Of a DNA stretch of 64,000 nt, positions 56,066 to 63,379 are shown piece after piece. The stretch comes from Eledone cirrhosa. Lineage: Eukaryota. The stretch's first letter is position 1; every line of letters begins with the position of its first letter. The stretch spans positions 22,568,001 through 22,632,000 of the forward strand of contig OZ024746.1 in assembly GCA_964016885.1 (NCBI GenBank). Direction: 5' to 3'. The notes under the pieces are model-generated. The model did not search any database. It worked only from the letters and a program-made list of their open reading frames with translations, and had not been told where the DNA came from. The translations under genes and the position numbers were made by a program.

Positions 56066-57965
56066 ATGAAAAATTGAACAGGGACAGAACAGAGAGGCAG
56101 TACGATAAATGTTTATTAAATTCACGCTCAGGAGAGTGGGGGGTAGGTGGAGGACGACGTTTCGGGCATAAGCCCTTCTTCAGGTGAGAGTTCAAAAGGT
56201 GTGTAGGGGAGTGGTGGAGAGACATATAGCGAAAGGAAACGGTGCGAATGAAAAATTAACAAATAAAGACAAAAATATAATAAATAATAAATAAAAATAA
56301 AACATGATCAAAATACAAGGAATGAGAACATTTAAAAATAAAGGCATGATCAAAATAAACTGAAATTAAAAGGGGGGTAAACAGGTGGTGGAAGGGTGTG
56401 GGGTGAGTAGAGGTGGTGGCGGGTGGAGTGGGGGGAGGGAGACGGGGTGTCCGAGCGGGGAGGGCTGAAGGTGGTGTGTGTGGTTAGGTGTGCGTGTGTG
56501 TGTGTGTATGTGAAAGTGAGGGTTGGAGGAAGAACAGGGTTGCATGTTCAGGAAGGTGTGTGTGGGGGGTGTTTTTGTGTGTATACATACATACACACAC
56601 ATATATATATATATATATTTATATATGAATGTATATATACAGATATCACTTTATCATAAATTTCAGTTCTTAGTGCACTTCTTAATATATATCTTGATTA
56701 ACTACCAACACAAGTGCTAATTATATGCAAATTAGTACATCCATTTCAGAATACTACTGAGTGACTGGGTATATAAGCTCATCAAATATGTGTTACCTTC
56801 TGCTGGTTTAGATGATATACACATTCTGATTTCTGATGTGTGTATATCATCTAGGGCCGATTAAAGGCGTTTATCATTTTTTCAATTACAGGTAAATTCT
56901 TATTTCTGGTATGTTTACATGCCTATATATTGAAGATGTGCATATTTATATACATTTTGGTGCAGTTTTGATTACCCACTCTGTATATATACAGATATAA
57001 CTTTATCACACACATATATATAGAGAGAAAGAGAGATAGATTGGGATTTACCAGTTTAGAATAGTAAGACCATGTTCCCATCTAATTACTCTATAGTTGG
57101 GAACCTAGAGTGTGTGTTGTAAATTGTCAGTGCCCAATGGCTGAGTTTATGCCATTTCAGTGGTTAGTGGATAACTGCTGTTGAAACAGCATGAGCTCAG
57201 CCATTGGGCACTAACTATTTACTATATATATTGATATACACAAGCACACATGAATTGATGATATAAACACACAATATGTTCATCTTGAACATATTGTTTA
57301 GTTCAGAGAGAGTAATAAAAAAGTTAACCAGTGAATGAGTAAAAAAAACAGGGAGACAGAGAGAGAGAGAGGGAAAAAGAGAAAAGATAGGAAATAAGAA
57401 ATCTATTTCTCACAGGTATTCAGGTTGTCAGATTTAGGTTTAGTAGTCCACATTGTTCCTTGTCTTTCTAGTAGTTCCAGCATGGTTGAAATAGGTAAGA
57501 AAATAGTTTACATTTACTAGACTGTGATAGCCTATGGTGTAGTGGCCTGTGGTAGTCTGTGGAGGTCTGTAGAGGTCTGTAGTACTCAGAAGTGGCTTGT
57601 GGTGGCCTATGGTGACACGTTGAAGCCTGTGGTGGCCTGTGGTACTCTGTAGTGGCTTGTGGTGCTCTGTAGAGGTCTGTTGTACTCACAAGTGGCTTGT
57701 GGTGGTCTATGGTGACATGTTGTAGCCTGTGGTGACCTGTGGTAGTCTGTAGTGGCCTGTGGTAGTCTGTAGTGGCCTGTGGTAGTCAGAAGGGGCCTGT
57801 GGTCACCTATGGTGGCATGTGCTGGCTCAACAGCCAGGCTTGCCTGTGATGGTTTGTAAGAAAATAAAAAAATCCTTAGGAACACTGCCAGGAAAACATG
57901 CATAAAACATAAAACTTTCAACAACTTTGGTTGGCAGCTTACAGCTTACACACTACAGATGGCAT
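14761..57965 (-). CDS. RGS22: RGS22/RGSL1-family multi-RGS-domain protein, whole spliced gene (25 exons, ~1290 aa)
   Basis: Exons join in frame with GT-AG sites; total 3873 nt is divisible by 3. N-terminus EDNLEDLLSFDDVFWDYFNHFLMAPVFP...WAQYRRLPLFIRSDLFREMKL resembles recalled RGS22 (EEFEDSLATDDFLVDYFNEFLSLPTF...WIKKERLPAFLESDCYFEYRL). It has an RGS box GMKAFQEFL..LLNFWLDCEEFK, YWVPRY, and C-terminal YLNSKTPPTVCIDIP..IFDEAQAHVFKELLMFW. Ortholog versus paralog is not resolved. Confidence 0.85.
16495..16685 (+). mobile_element. tRNA-derived SINE family A (representative full copy)
   Basis: A/B-box-like tggcagtatcggtag...gagttcaaatccc and core ctttgcctttcatcct..gtcgataaaataaagtaccagt. Other copies at ~6000, 6960, 11940, 12265-12450(-), 13480(-), 31690(-), 33455, 33750(-), 36490-36870(-), 38505, 39150(-), 40630-40950(-), 45235, 46266-46456(-), 52610(-), 54595. 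Confidence 0.85.
17553..17698 (-). CDS. RGS22: RGS22-like exon 24 (EESKPQAM...YSLADGVKWR)
   Basis: ttatattttag acceptor, AGG|gtaagt donor; phase 1 to 0. Confidence 0.8.
17785..18095. repeat. 48-bp minisatellite (tactgggtgtattttatcatggcaccagcactaccactttacagagtg)
   Basis: ~6 degenerate units; same unit at 17330-17500, 41205-41500 and 51870-52100 (last two reversed). Confidence 0.9.
18694..18865 (-). CDS. RGS22: RGS22-like exon 23 (IDIPNDIYQ...IFDEAQAHVFKELLMFWVNF)
   Basis: tttattgttag acceptor, CAG|gtaagg donor; RGS C-terminal IDI..F.EAQ..F motif. Confidence 0.92.
18970..19382 (-). mobile_element. two tandem CR1 3'-end fragments
   Basis: gaaattattgtgtacagtgctcaggtgcactacaactc 3' end occurs twice (~18985 and ~19115), each with a TAA tail. 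Confidence 0.85.
19573..19609 (-). ncRNA. minimal hammerhead ribozyme motif (Penelope-type)
   Basis: UCUU-CUGAUGA-A-GGAC UAGC GUCC-GAAACGUU-AAGA. Confidence 0.75.
20443..20715 (+). mobile_element. tRNA-derived SINE family B (representative)
   Basis: gtggtaagggtgttggact...gggttcaatc...gtgttcttgagcaaaacacttcatttcacgttg. Copies at ~4650, 7770, 11318, 15933, 18260(-), 20050, 23360, 33040, 46725(-), 47135(-). Confidence 0.8.
21371..21469 (-). CDS. RGS22: RGS22-like exon 22 (ESYKGPVNEKVLRRRAQHILESYLNSKTPPTVC)
   Basis: ttttatttcaag acceptor, TGT|gtaagt donor; resembles RGS22 FINSSIPPALQ. Confidence 0.9.
21817..22008 (-). CDS. RGS22: RGS22-like exon 21 (SVPYVIPNQEE...DLLFYIDVLRLK)
   Basis: ttattccag acceptor, AAG|gtaaga donor; RGS-like LLF..DV..K. 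Confidence 0.88.
22041..22160. repeat. ~40-bp tandem repeat at the 5' junction of a CR1 fragment
   Basis: gcaatgggctggaacattagacattttggtgtttag, about 3 copies. Confidence 0.85.
22160..22880 (+). mobile_element. 5'-truncated copy of the same CR1 family
   Basis: Matches ~30030-30750 (ERDLGI..., LETVQRRATK, AEAWNKLP) and ends in (ATT)n. Confidence 0.9.
23785..23931 (-). CDS. RGS22: RGS22-like exon 20 (ARCDECGVGEM...QRKKVK)
   Basis: tatcaacag acceptor, AAG|gtatag donor; 49 codons. Confidence 0.8.
24466..24634 (-). CDS. RGS22: RGS22-like exon 19 (ACLSENK...LQEHIAGKVEDAFNSYLM)
   Basis: ttttcttgtttag acceptor, ATG|gtaagt donor. Confidence 0.85.
25057..25227 (-). CDS. RGS22: RGS22-like exon 18 (IMTAFKKYV...KLYSDIEQLK)
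   Basis: ttttgctttctag acceptor, GA|gtaagg donor; RGS-like helices. Confidence 0.88.
25640..25680 (-). ncRNA. minimal type-I hammerhead ribozyme motif
   Basis: CGUUG-CUGACGA-UAGCU AAUA AGCUU-GAAA-CUAG-UA-CAGCG. Confidence 0.8.
26031..26071 (+). ncRNA. minimal type-I hammerhead ribozyme motif
   Basis: CGUUG-CUGAUGA-UAGCU AAUA AGCUU-GAAA-CUAG-UA-CAGCG; palindromic stem III, GUA triplet. Confidence 0.8.
26159..26193 (+). ncRNA. minimal hammerhead ribozyme motif (different family)
   Basis: CCU-CUGAAGA-A-GAGAU AUU AUCUC-GAAAAUUU-AGG. Confidence 0.6.
27120..27193 (-). CDS. RGS22: RGS22-like exon 17 (ITENGDDNDYPLYIPSFKDFIFNK)
   Basis: tttctgttttag acceptor, GT|gtaagt donor; phase 0 to 2. Confidence 0.8.
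27560..30750 (+). mobile_element. CR1-clade LINE, near-complete ORF2 (APE endonuclease + RT), disrupted
   Basis: APE motifs LNSRSL..K, ITVTETW, DFNH, TRGDNTLDL, SDH; RT motifs YRPVSLTS, YLDFAKAF, GVPQGSVLGP, YVDD; C-terminal FF..V..WNKLP; (ATT)n tail; frameshift at ~28064-28095 and in-frame TGA at 29691. Confidence 0.95.
30760..31040 (-). mobile_element. R4/Dong-type (RLE) non-LTR retrotransposon 3' fragment
   Basis: KDLKWEVKRIW..VIPIVIGALG..LQKACLLGTARTLR C-terminus; flanked by (TAA)n on both sides. Confidence 0.85.
34061..34253 (-). CDS. RGS22: RGS22-like exon 16, charged coiled-coil (ELERKQALEEERKLKEKERQKA...)
   Basis: ctaatctatttttag acceptor, AAG|gtaaaa donor; phase 2 to 0. Confidence 0.85.
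34904..35005 (-). CDS. RGS22: RGS22-like exon 15 (CHVRSQLSK...HPTFWNG)
   Basis: ttttcttttaag acceptor, AT|gtgagt donor. Confidence 0.8.
36248..36407 (-). CDS. RGS22: RGS22-like exon 14 (DLCKEEKEDIF...LETVWIEYLEEDLKRYF)
   Basis: ttttcatttcag acceptor, GA|gtgaga donor; phase 1 to 2. Confidence 0.88.
38105..38262 (-). CDS. RGS22: RGS22-like exon 13 (KDDEDSLKCLHFWQAVTQY...AWDIYHNFIADG)
   Basis: RGS-like L.FW and A..IY..FI motifs; aaattag acceptor, G|gtatgg donor. Confidence 0.9.
39948..40025 (-). CDS. RGS22: RGS22-like exon 12 (DGNNVFLVALTNDKRYGGPFEFYLN)
   Basis: tatatttcag acceptor, AT|gtgagt donor. Confidence 0.85.
40261..40462. mobile_element. mariner/Tc1-type MITE (~200 bp)
   Basis: 31-bp TIRs (tgcgggtcagctgaaaagttcataggctgac, 2 mismatches) flanked by TA; further copies at 42097-42290 and 20712-20840 (partial). 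Confidence 0.85.
40969..41181 (-). CDS. RGS22: RGS22-like exon 11 (NSSLPRSHNNEPEW...MSTNL)
   Basis: gatttcag acceptor, AAG|gtatta donor; phase 2 to 2. Confidence 0.8.
41827..42012 (-). CDS. RGS22: RGS22-like exon 10 (RDIQDKY...QYDVLRRLRSYWVPRYFLH)
   Basis: tatttcag acceptor, TT|gtaagt donor; end of RGS box. Confidence 0.92.
42396..42544 (-). CDS. RGS22: RGS22-like exon 9, RGS box (HRGMKAFQEFLTHTSGIHLLNFWLDCEEFK...)
   Basis: Classic RGS G..AF..FL....L.FWL.CEEFK signature; caacag acceptor, CAG|gtttgt donor. Confidence 0.92.
43235..43630 (+). mobile_element. SINE-like family C with (GAT)n tail (representative)
   Basis: ggttggtgttaggaagggcatccagctgtagaaa...aacccatgctagcgtggaa..gacgttaaacgatgatg. 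Copies at ~2461(-), 9175, 11000, 17165(-), 20175, 42631(-), 52090, 55525(-), 60116. Confidence 0.8.
44403..44637 (-). CDS. RGS22: RGS22-like exon 8 (RTSSAPVCYRDLL...VKRHILGS)
   Basis: tttctttacag acceptor, TCA|gtaatt donor; phase 2 to 0. Confidence 0.8.
44929..45010 (-). CDS. RGS22: RGS22-like exon 7 (VDNEVIIHP...RQFF)
   Basis: ttccttccag acceptor, CAG|gtatat donor; phase 1 to 2. Confidence 0.75.
45461..45633 (-). CDS. RGS22: RGS22-like exon 6 (DSSSLPKQTK...YKCDSQ)
   Basis: ttctattctttcag acceptor, AAG|gttagt donor; open frame, phase 2 to 1. Confidence 0.75.
46478..46604 (-). CDS. RGS22: RGS22-like exon 5 (SGGAVVDDGYL...EIIS)
   Basis: tttttctttacaaag acceptor, CA|gtgagt donor; phase 1 to 2. 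Confidence 0.75.
47566..47725. repeat. ~41-bp tandem repeat x4
   Basis: cccttccttcctcaatcatctctagtgtgtgacgtcatga. Confidence 0.9.
47792..48051 (-). CDS. RGS22: RGS22-like exon 4 (RSDLFREMKLCKTILRP...SATEA)
   Basis: cattccag acceptor, C|gtaagt donor; phase 2 to 1. Confidence 0.88.
48701..51550. repeat. satellite of alternating 50- and 58-bp monomers (108-bp higher-order unit)
   Basis: aagaatatggtgctccagcatggccacaatctaatggctgaaactaataa / aagaatatggtattccagcatagccacagtctaatggctgaaactagtaaaagaataa; ~50 monomers. Confidence 0.97.
51553..51731 (-). CDS. RGS22: RGS22-like exon 3 (VFPIGLTYNRLTGGF...WAQYRRLPLFI)
   Basis: ttttactttcag acceptor, AG|gttatt donor; phase 0 to 2. Confidence 0.9.
52983..53074 (-). 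CDS. RGS22: RGS22-like exon 2 (ASEIPEDNLEDLLSFDDVFWDYFNHFLMAP)
   Basis: ctgac branch-like motif, tttttatctcaag acceptor, CCG|gtgagt donor; RGS22 N-terminal motif. Confidence 0.9.
53205..53645 (+). mobile_element. possible non-autonomous Helitron-like fragments
   Basis: tatataaaa..gtctgtctgt..caaccgatt..tcaaactttacaca head; GC hairpin ccagcc/ggttgg then actaagta near 53640. Confidence 0.35.
56154..56185 (-). ncRNA. minimal hammerhead ribozyme motif (Penelope-type)
   Basis: AC-CUGAAGA-A-GGGC UUAU GCCC-GAAACGUC-GU; GUC triplet; stem I only 2 bp. Confidence 0.7.
57530..57820. repeat. 10-bp-period minisatellite (tggcctgtgg/tagtctgtag variants)
   Basis: Direct inspection. Confidence 0.85.
57950..57965 (-). 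CDS. RGS22: RGS22-like putative first coding exon (MPSVV+T)
   Basis: ATG CCA TCT GTA GTG T|GTAAGC gives the phase 1 needed by the next exon; very short, so tentative. Confidence 0.4.
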
Positions 57966-58134
57966 AAAATAATAATAATAATGTAATAAATAAAAATATC
58001 AAAGCAAACCAATAGCAATACAAATAATAAACAACAATAATAATAATAAAAATAATGAGGAGAAGAAGGAGGAGATGAATGATATTGATATGATGATAGT
58101 GTTGATGATGATAAACAATGCAATACAAATCAAC

Positions 58135-58140
58135 AGCAAC

Positions 58141-58184
<44 letters not shown>

Positions 58185-58335
58185 CAGTTACGGTGGTGGT
58201 GGTGGTGGTGGTGGTGGTAGTAGTAGTAGTAGCAGCAGTTACGGTGGTGGTGGTGGCAGTAGTAGCAGTAGTAGTAGTATAGTAGTAGTAGTAGTAGTAG
58301 TAGTAGTAGCAGTTACGGTGGTGGTGGTGGTGGCG

Positions 58336-58378
<43 letters not shown>

Positions 58379-58739
58379 CAGTTACGGTGGTGGTGGTGCT
58401 GATGGTGGTGGTGGTAGTAGTAGTAGTAGTAATAGCAGCAGTTACGGTGGTGGTGGTGGTGGTGGTGGTAGCAGTAGTAGTAGTAGTAGTAGTAGCAGTA
58501 GTAGTAGTAGTAGTAGTAGCAGCAGTTACGGCGGTGGTGGTGGTGGTGGTAGCAGTAGTAGTAGTAGTAGTAGTTACGGTGGTAGTGGTGGTAGCAGTAG
58601 TAGTAGTAGTAGTAGTTACGGTGGTGGTGGTGGTGGTATGGCAGTAACAATTGTTGTAGTAGTAGTAATGCTGATGATGGTGATGATAATAATGACAACA
58701 GTAACAGTAGTAGTAGTATTACTAGTATTATCATTATTG

Positions 58740-58778
<39 letters not shown>

Positions 58779-58800
58779 ATGATGATGATGACAGCAGTAA
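58135..58800. repeat. compound (GTA)n/(GTG)n trinucleotide array punctuated by gcagttacg
   Basis: Direct inspection; (AGT)n tracts also at 18525-18685 and 52780-52845. Confidence 0.95.
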
Positions 58801-59092
58801 CAATGGCAAAAGCAAATATTTAGGACTGTTTCTAGACATGTTAGGACATGGTTTGTATTGAAGATTGAGTTTCTGAAGAAATGGTTGATTTATTGCTTAA
58901 CTGTAACAGGGATCAGTCATAGCTACAGTCATAGTCATAGTCATACACACATATGACTGTGTGTGTGTGTGTGTGTATGTATGCATGTGTATGTATGTGT
59001 ATGTGTGTGTATGTGTGTGTATGTATCATCATCATCATCATCGTCGTTTAAGATCCATTTTCCACGCTAGCATGGGTTAGACGGTATGTGTG

Positions 59093-59162
<70 letters not shown>

Positions 59163-59240
59163 CCGTCTAACCCATATGTCCCAAGGCTCTGATACCATCA
59201 ACACTATAAACACAGAGCTGGCATATCTAAGAACTGAATA

Positions 59241-59296
59241 ACTGCCTGATGAGGTCATAGCCATTCAATTGCTATCATCGAAATATATATAGCAGT
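59241..59296 (+). ncRNA. type-I hammerhead ribozyme motif
   Basis: ACUGC-CUGAUGA-GGUcAUAGC..GCUAUcAUC-GAAA-UAUAUA-UA-GCAGU; perfect 5-bp stem I. Confidence 0.82.
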
Positions 59297-60046
59297 AAAT
59301 AAAGGATTATGGGTTCATGCAATTGACCTATGTTTCGTCACTATATATATATATTTATATATATATATACACACACATACATATATATGCACATATATAT
59401 ATACACACATATATATATACACACACACACCTACGCACACACATACACATATATATATAAAGTTCGATACAACGAAGTTTCCCTTTAAAATCTTTTTATT
59501 GAATATCAACCATTGCATGTTTCGTAGATGACTGATTGTTTTGAGATCTAAATTGATGTGATAGACATGATATATATATATATATATATACACAGAGGTA
59601 TCCACTGTAAGTTGTGGGGGTCTATTCTGTATGAAGAACTCAATGTAATCCATATGTTGAAAATGATGTAGGTTAAGATAAATCTCAGAAAACAATAAAA
59701 CATTAAAAGGAAAACAGAGTCATGATATAAGTTAAAACAATGAAATAAAAAATCAAGTCATTTGAGATATACTTCACTGCTTTACGATCGTTTCTAGATG
59801 GTGATAATACATTGTATCTATACTCAGTTATTGATCTATGTAAGTTTACAAACTATCAGATAGAGAGAATATTTACTTACATGCATATCACCAGCTGTTT
59901 TCAAAAGCAATAATAATTTTATTCAATAATAATTTTACTCAGAATTAGTATCATGTCCATATTTGGAGGTAGTTGAAGAACTAACGAATCAAATTGTTTT
60001 TTTCGTATGGTGTTAAGATGAAAAGTAATACACTTTAGTTGAGGTC

Positions 60047-60116
<70 letters not shown>

Positions 60117-60619
60117 TCTGGCATCACACAATAATACAGAAGACCCGACCCCCCCACGGGTACAAGCCGAAGCTGAAGCATATAGACAATATGGCCCCAC
60201 AACCTCCCACTGCAAAGTGGTCGTGGAGGTGCCACAGCAAAAAAGTACCCAGCCCACACTGTAAAATGGATGTGTAGGCGCCATGGAAAAAAAACACCCA
60301 GCACTCACTGTAAATGAGGTTGGTGTTAGGAAGGGCATCCAGCTGTAGAAATCAAGCCAGAATCAGTTCCCGTATGAGCAAGACAAGGTCAGCCGTGGAC
60401 ACTGCCCACAACAGGACAACCCATCTAACCCATGCAAGCGTGGAAGAACGGACATAAAACAGTGATGATGATGATGATGACATACATATATATATAAATA
60501 TATACATAAAGATCGAACCTTGAGCTGATCAATAGTGAAACGAGCGTCACTACTCAAATGTAATGAAGACCTGACAAATCGTCCTTTTTATTATTATTAG
60601 TATATATATATATATATAT

Positions 60620-61247
60620 AATAATGATAATAATAATGAAATTATTGTGTACAGTACTTAGGTGCACTACAACTTGTCAAAGGTGCATGTATATTACATA
60701 GAACTATATACAAATGTCAGCGAAGTGAATGGTGTAGGAGTCATGATATACATGTGTACGTGTGTATGGAGGGGAATATTAAGTGTAGTGTTGGCGAATC
60801 TCAGGAAGCATGGAGGTTTTAAAGGATGCAGTGTCTCAACAGCTAATAACTGATGCAGGGAGTTTATTCCATGCTTCAGCAACTCTGAGCATGAAAAAAT
60901 GTTTCTGAAAGTCATGGGAGCTGTGCTGTTTTCTGACTTTGTTGGCATGTCCACGTGTGTTAGACACATGGAAATCAAAAAGGTACTCGGGGTTGTTGTT
61001 GGCAAGATGGTTAACAATTTTGTGGGTGTTTACCAAGTTAGTTGCCAGATGTCGGAGCTTCAATGTATCCAGGCCAAGGGAAGCAAGGCGTTCAGAGTAT
61101 GGTAGATGCCTGATGAAGGGTATTCGCTTGGTTGCACGTCTCTGAACAGTTTCCAGGTGGTCAATGTTCTGAGCAAGATAGGGGTTCCAGACTGGTGATG
61201 CAAATTCTAAGTGTGGCCGCACCATAGCTATATACAGCTTTAAATAG
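60620..61247 (-). mobile_element. 5'-truncated CR1 copy
   Basis: MVRPHLEFASPVWNPY...AEAWNKLP, same 3' UTR, (TAA)n tail. Confidence 0.9.
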
Positions 61248-61346
61248 GTATTCGAAAAGTAAAAAACAATAACAAGGAGTACAGTTACGAAAATTGTTTG
61301 GTATTAGGTTGATGCTTACGTATGTATGTATGAATGTATGTGTGTT

Positions 61347-61894
61347 TGGTCGGGTCGTTGGCGGCTAAACTGGCAACCCCACCAAGGTTTCTTGGTGAGG
61401 AGGGCGACTTTGGACATCCTGCAGGACTAAAAACAAAACCTGTCAAAGGGCAAAGGAGCTCTTAAGAGTCAATGGCCATCCAAAACCACCGGGAGAGATG
61501 ACCCCTTAGCCTTTGTCGAGGCAGAATTCTAGGAGAAGGAAAACTCTGATATAACACCTGCAACCCTGATGGTTACCAATGATGTTGACTTGTTCTTCTT
61601 TTTGGTAAATATCATCTTGGTTAAGAGAGTGGGACTGGATTTGTGCAATACCTTTGCTCACTATAAAAGCTACACGGCACAGGCATTGCTTTATATCTGG
61701 AGATCTCTCTGCACTTGTCGTCACATGGTACCATGGGCCCAGCACTATGTGTCAATAATTGTAGTGTTTGTACCAGAGTTTTCAAGTCGCTGGCTGGACT
61801 AAAAAGTCACACTCGTTCAGCGCATCAGTAGGCGTTCTCCTACATGGATATTAAGTAGTGGCCGTACTCGAAAACGAGTTGGCAGCCACCATGT
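61347..61894 (+). mobile_element. ~550-bp non-autonomous retroelement, (ATGT)n tail, copy 1
   Basis: Near-identical to inverted copy 62776-63367; ctaggagaaggaaaactctga motif recalls RTE 5' UTRs. Confidence 0.65.
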
Positions 61895-62775
61895 GTGTAT
61901 GTATGTATCAATGTATGTATGCACATATATACACATATATATATATCTTTCTCTGTTGCGCATTATTGTTCTCTGACACACCTTTACTACTTGTCTCCAT
62001 ATCTCCTCCACCCACACATACATACAACAGATACTTCCCCTTCCCTCATATATATGTGTGTGTATGTATGCATACTTCCAAATACACATACACTCACATA
62101 CACCCACACACATGCATACACTCAACATGTACCTCCCTCTTTCATATATATGTGTGTATGTATGAATACATCCAAATGTACGTATGCACTCACATATACA
62201 TGCACCCAATATCTACACAATCCTTCATATATCTGTGTATATGTGTGCAAACTTATAAATGTGCATATGCTCTCAGATACACATATACATATGCTCAAGT
62301 GCACAAGCATACACACTTACATATGTGTGTACACTAGGATATATATGTGAATACAAACATACAGACACATGCATACACAAGCAAACAAATTCAGACACAC
62401 ATGTGTTAACACAAATAAAAATGACATAAAACTTTACATGCAGAGATGTACATACATACATACATAGATATATACATACATACATATATATACATACATA
62501 GATACATACATACATACATACATACATACATACATACATACATACATACATACATACATACACACATACATACATATATAGTTCAAGGAAACAACAAACA
62601 GATGAGCAAAAGTCTTATTAGTTTCATGCTTTTTATGCAAAAGGGGAAAGAAAGTTTGGCATGTCGGGATTTAGTCCTTAAAGAGAGAACAAATTTAGAC
62701 TGGATCACAAAGGATAGATACAGAATATAAAAGGTAGTCCAAGTAAAAAATACATACATACCTACCTACCTACAT

Positions 62776-63367
62776 ACATGGTGGCTGCCAACTCGTTTTT
62801 GAGTACGGCCACTACTTTATATCCATGTAGGAGAACCCCTACCGATGCGCTGAACGAGTGTGACTTTTTAGTCCAGCCAGCGACTTGAAAACTCTGGTAC
62901 AAACACTACACTTGTGACAATTATTGACACATAGTGCTGGGCCCATGGTACCATGTGACAAGTGCAGAGAGATCTCCAGATATAAAGCAATGCCTGTGCC
63001 GTGAAGCTTTTATAGTGAGCAAAGGCACTGCACAAAGCCAGTCCCACTCTCTTAACCAAAAAGAAGAACAAGTCAACATCATTGGATACCATCGGAGTTG
63101 CAGGTGTTATATCAGAGTTTTCCTTCTCCTAGAATTCTGCCTTGACAAAGGCTAAGGGGTCATCCCTCCCGGTGATTTTGGATGGCCATTGACTCTTAAG
63201 ATCTCCTTTGCCCTTTGACAGGTTTTGTTCTTAGTCCTGCAGGATCTCCAAAGTCACTCTCGTCACCAAGAAACCTTTGTGGGGTTGCCAGTTTAGTCGC
63301 CAACTACCCGACCATGGGACAGGTTGTACTGGAATACATGTTACCAGTAGCACCAACTGGTGACCTG
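62776..63367 (-). mobile_element. same non-autonomous element, copy 2 (longer 5' end)
   Basis: Reverse complement of 61347-61894 with small indels; (CATA)n-like sequence on both flanks. Confidence 0.65.
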
Positions 63368-63379
63368 ACATACATGCAT

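Noticed and set aside
56735-56852. UUGAUGA..GAAA on minus strand and adjacent 16-bp hairpin
   Set aside because: Stems I and II do not pair convincingly
57946-58839. 297-aa poly-Y/H/T ORF and opposite poly-V/S ORF
   Set aside because: Stop-free trinucleotide repeats with no complexity
60512-60558. ctgatca..gaaacgagcgtc hammerhead-like string
   Set aside because: Core mutated and no stem II
61506-61802. Duplicated small ORFs shared with 62868-63155
   Set aside because: They arise from two copies of the same repeat; no protein motif recognised
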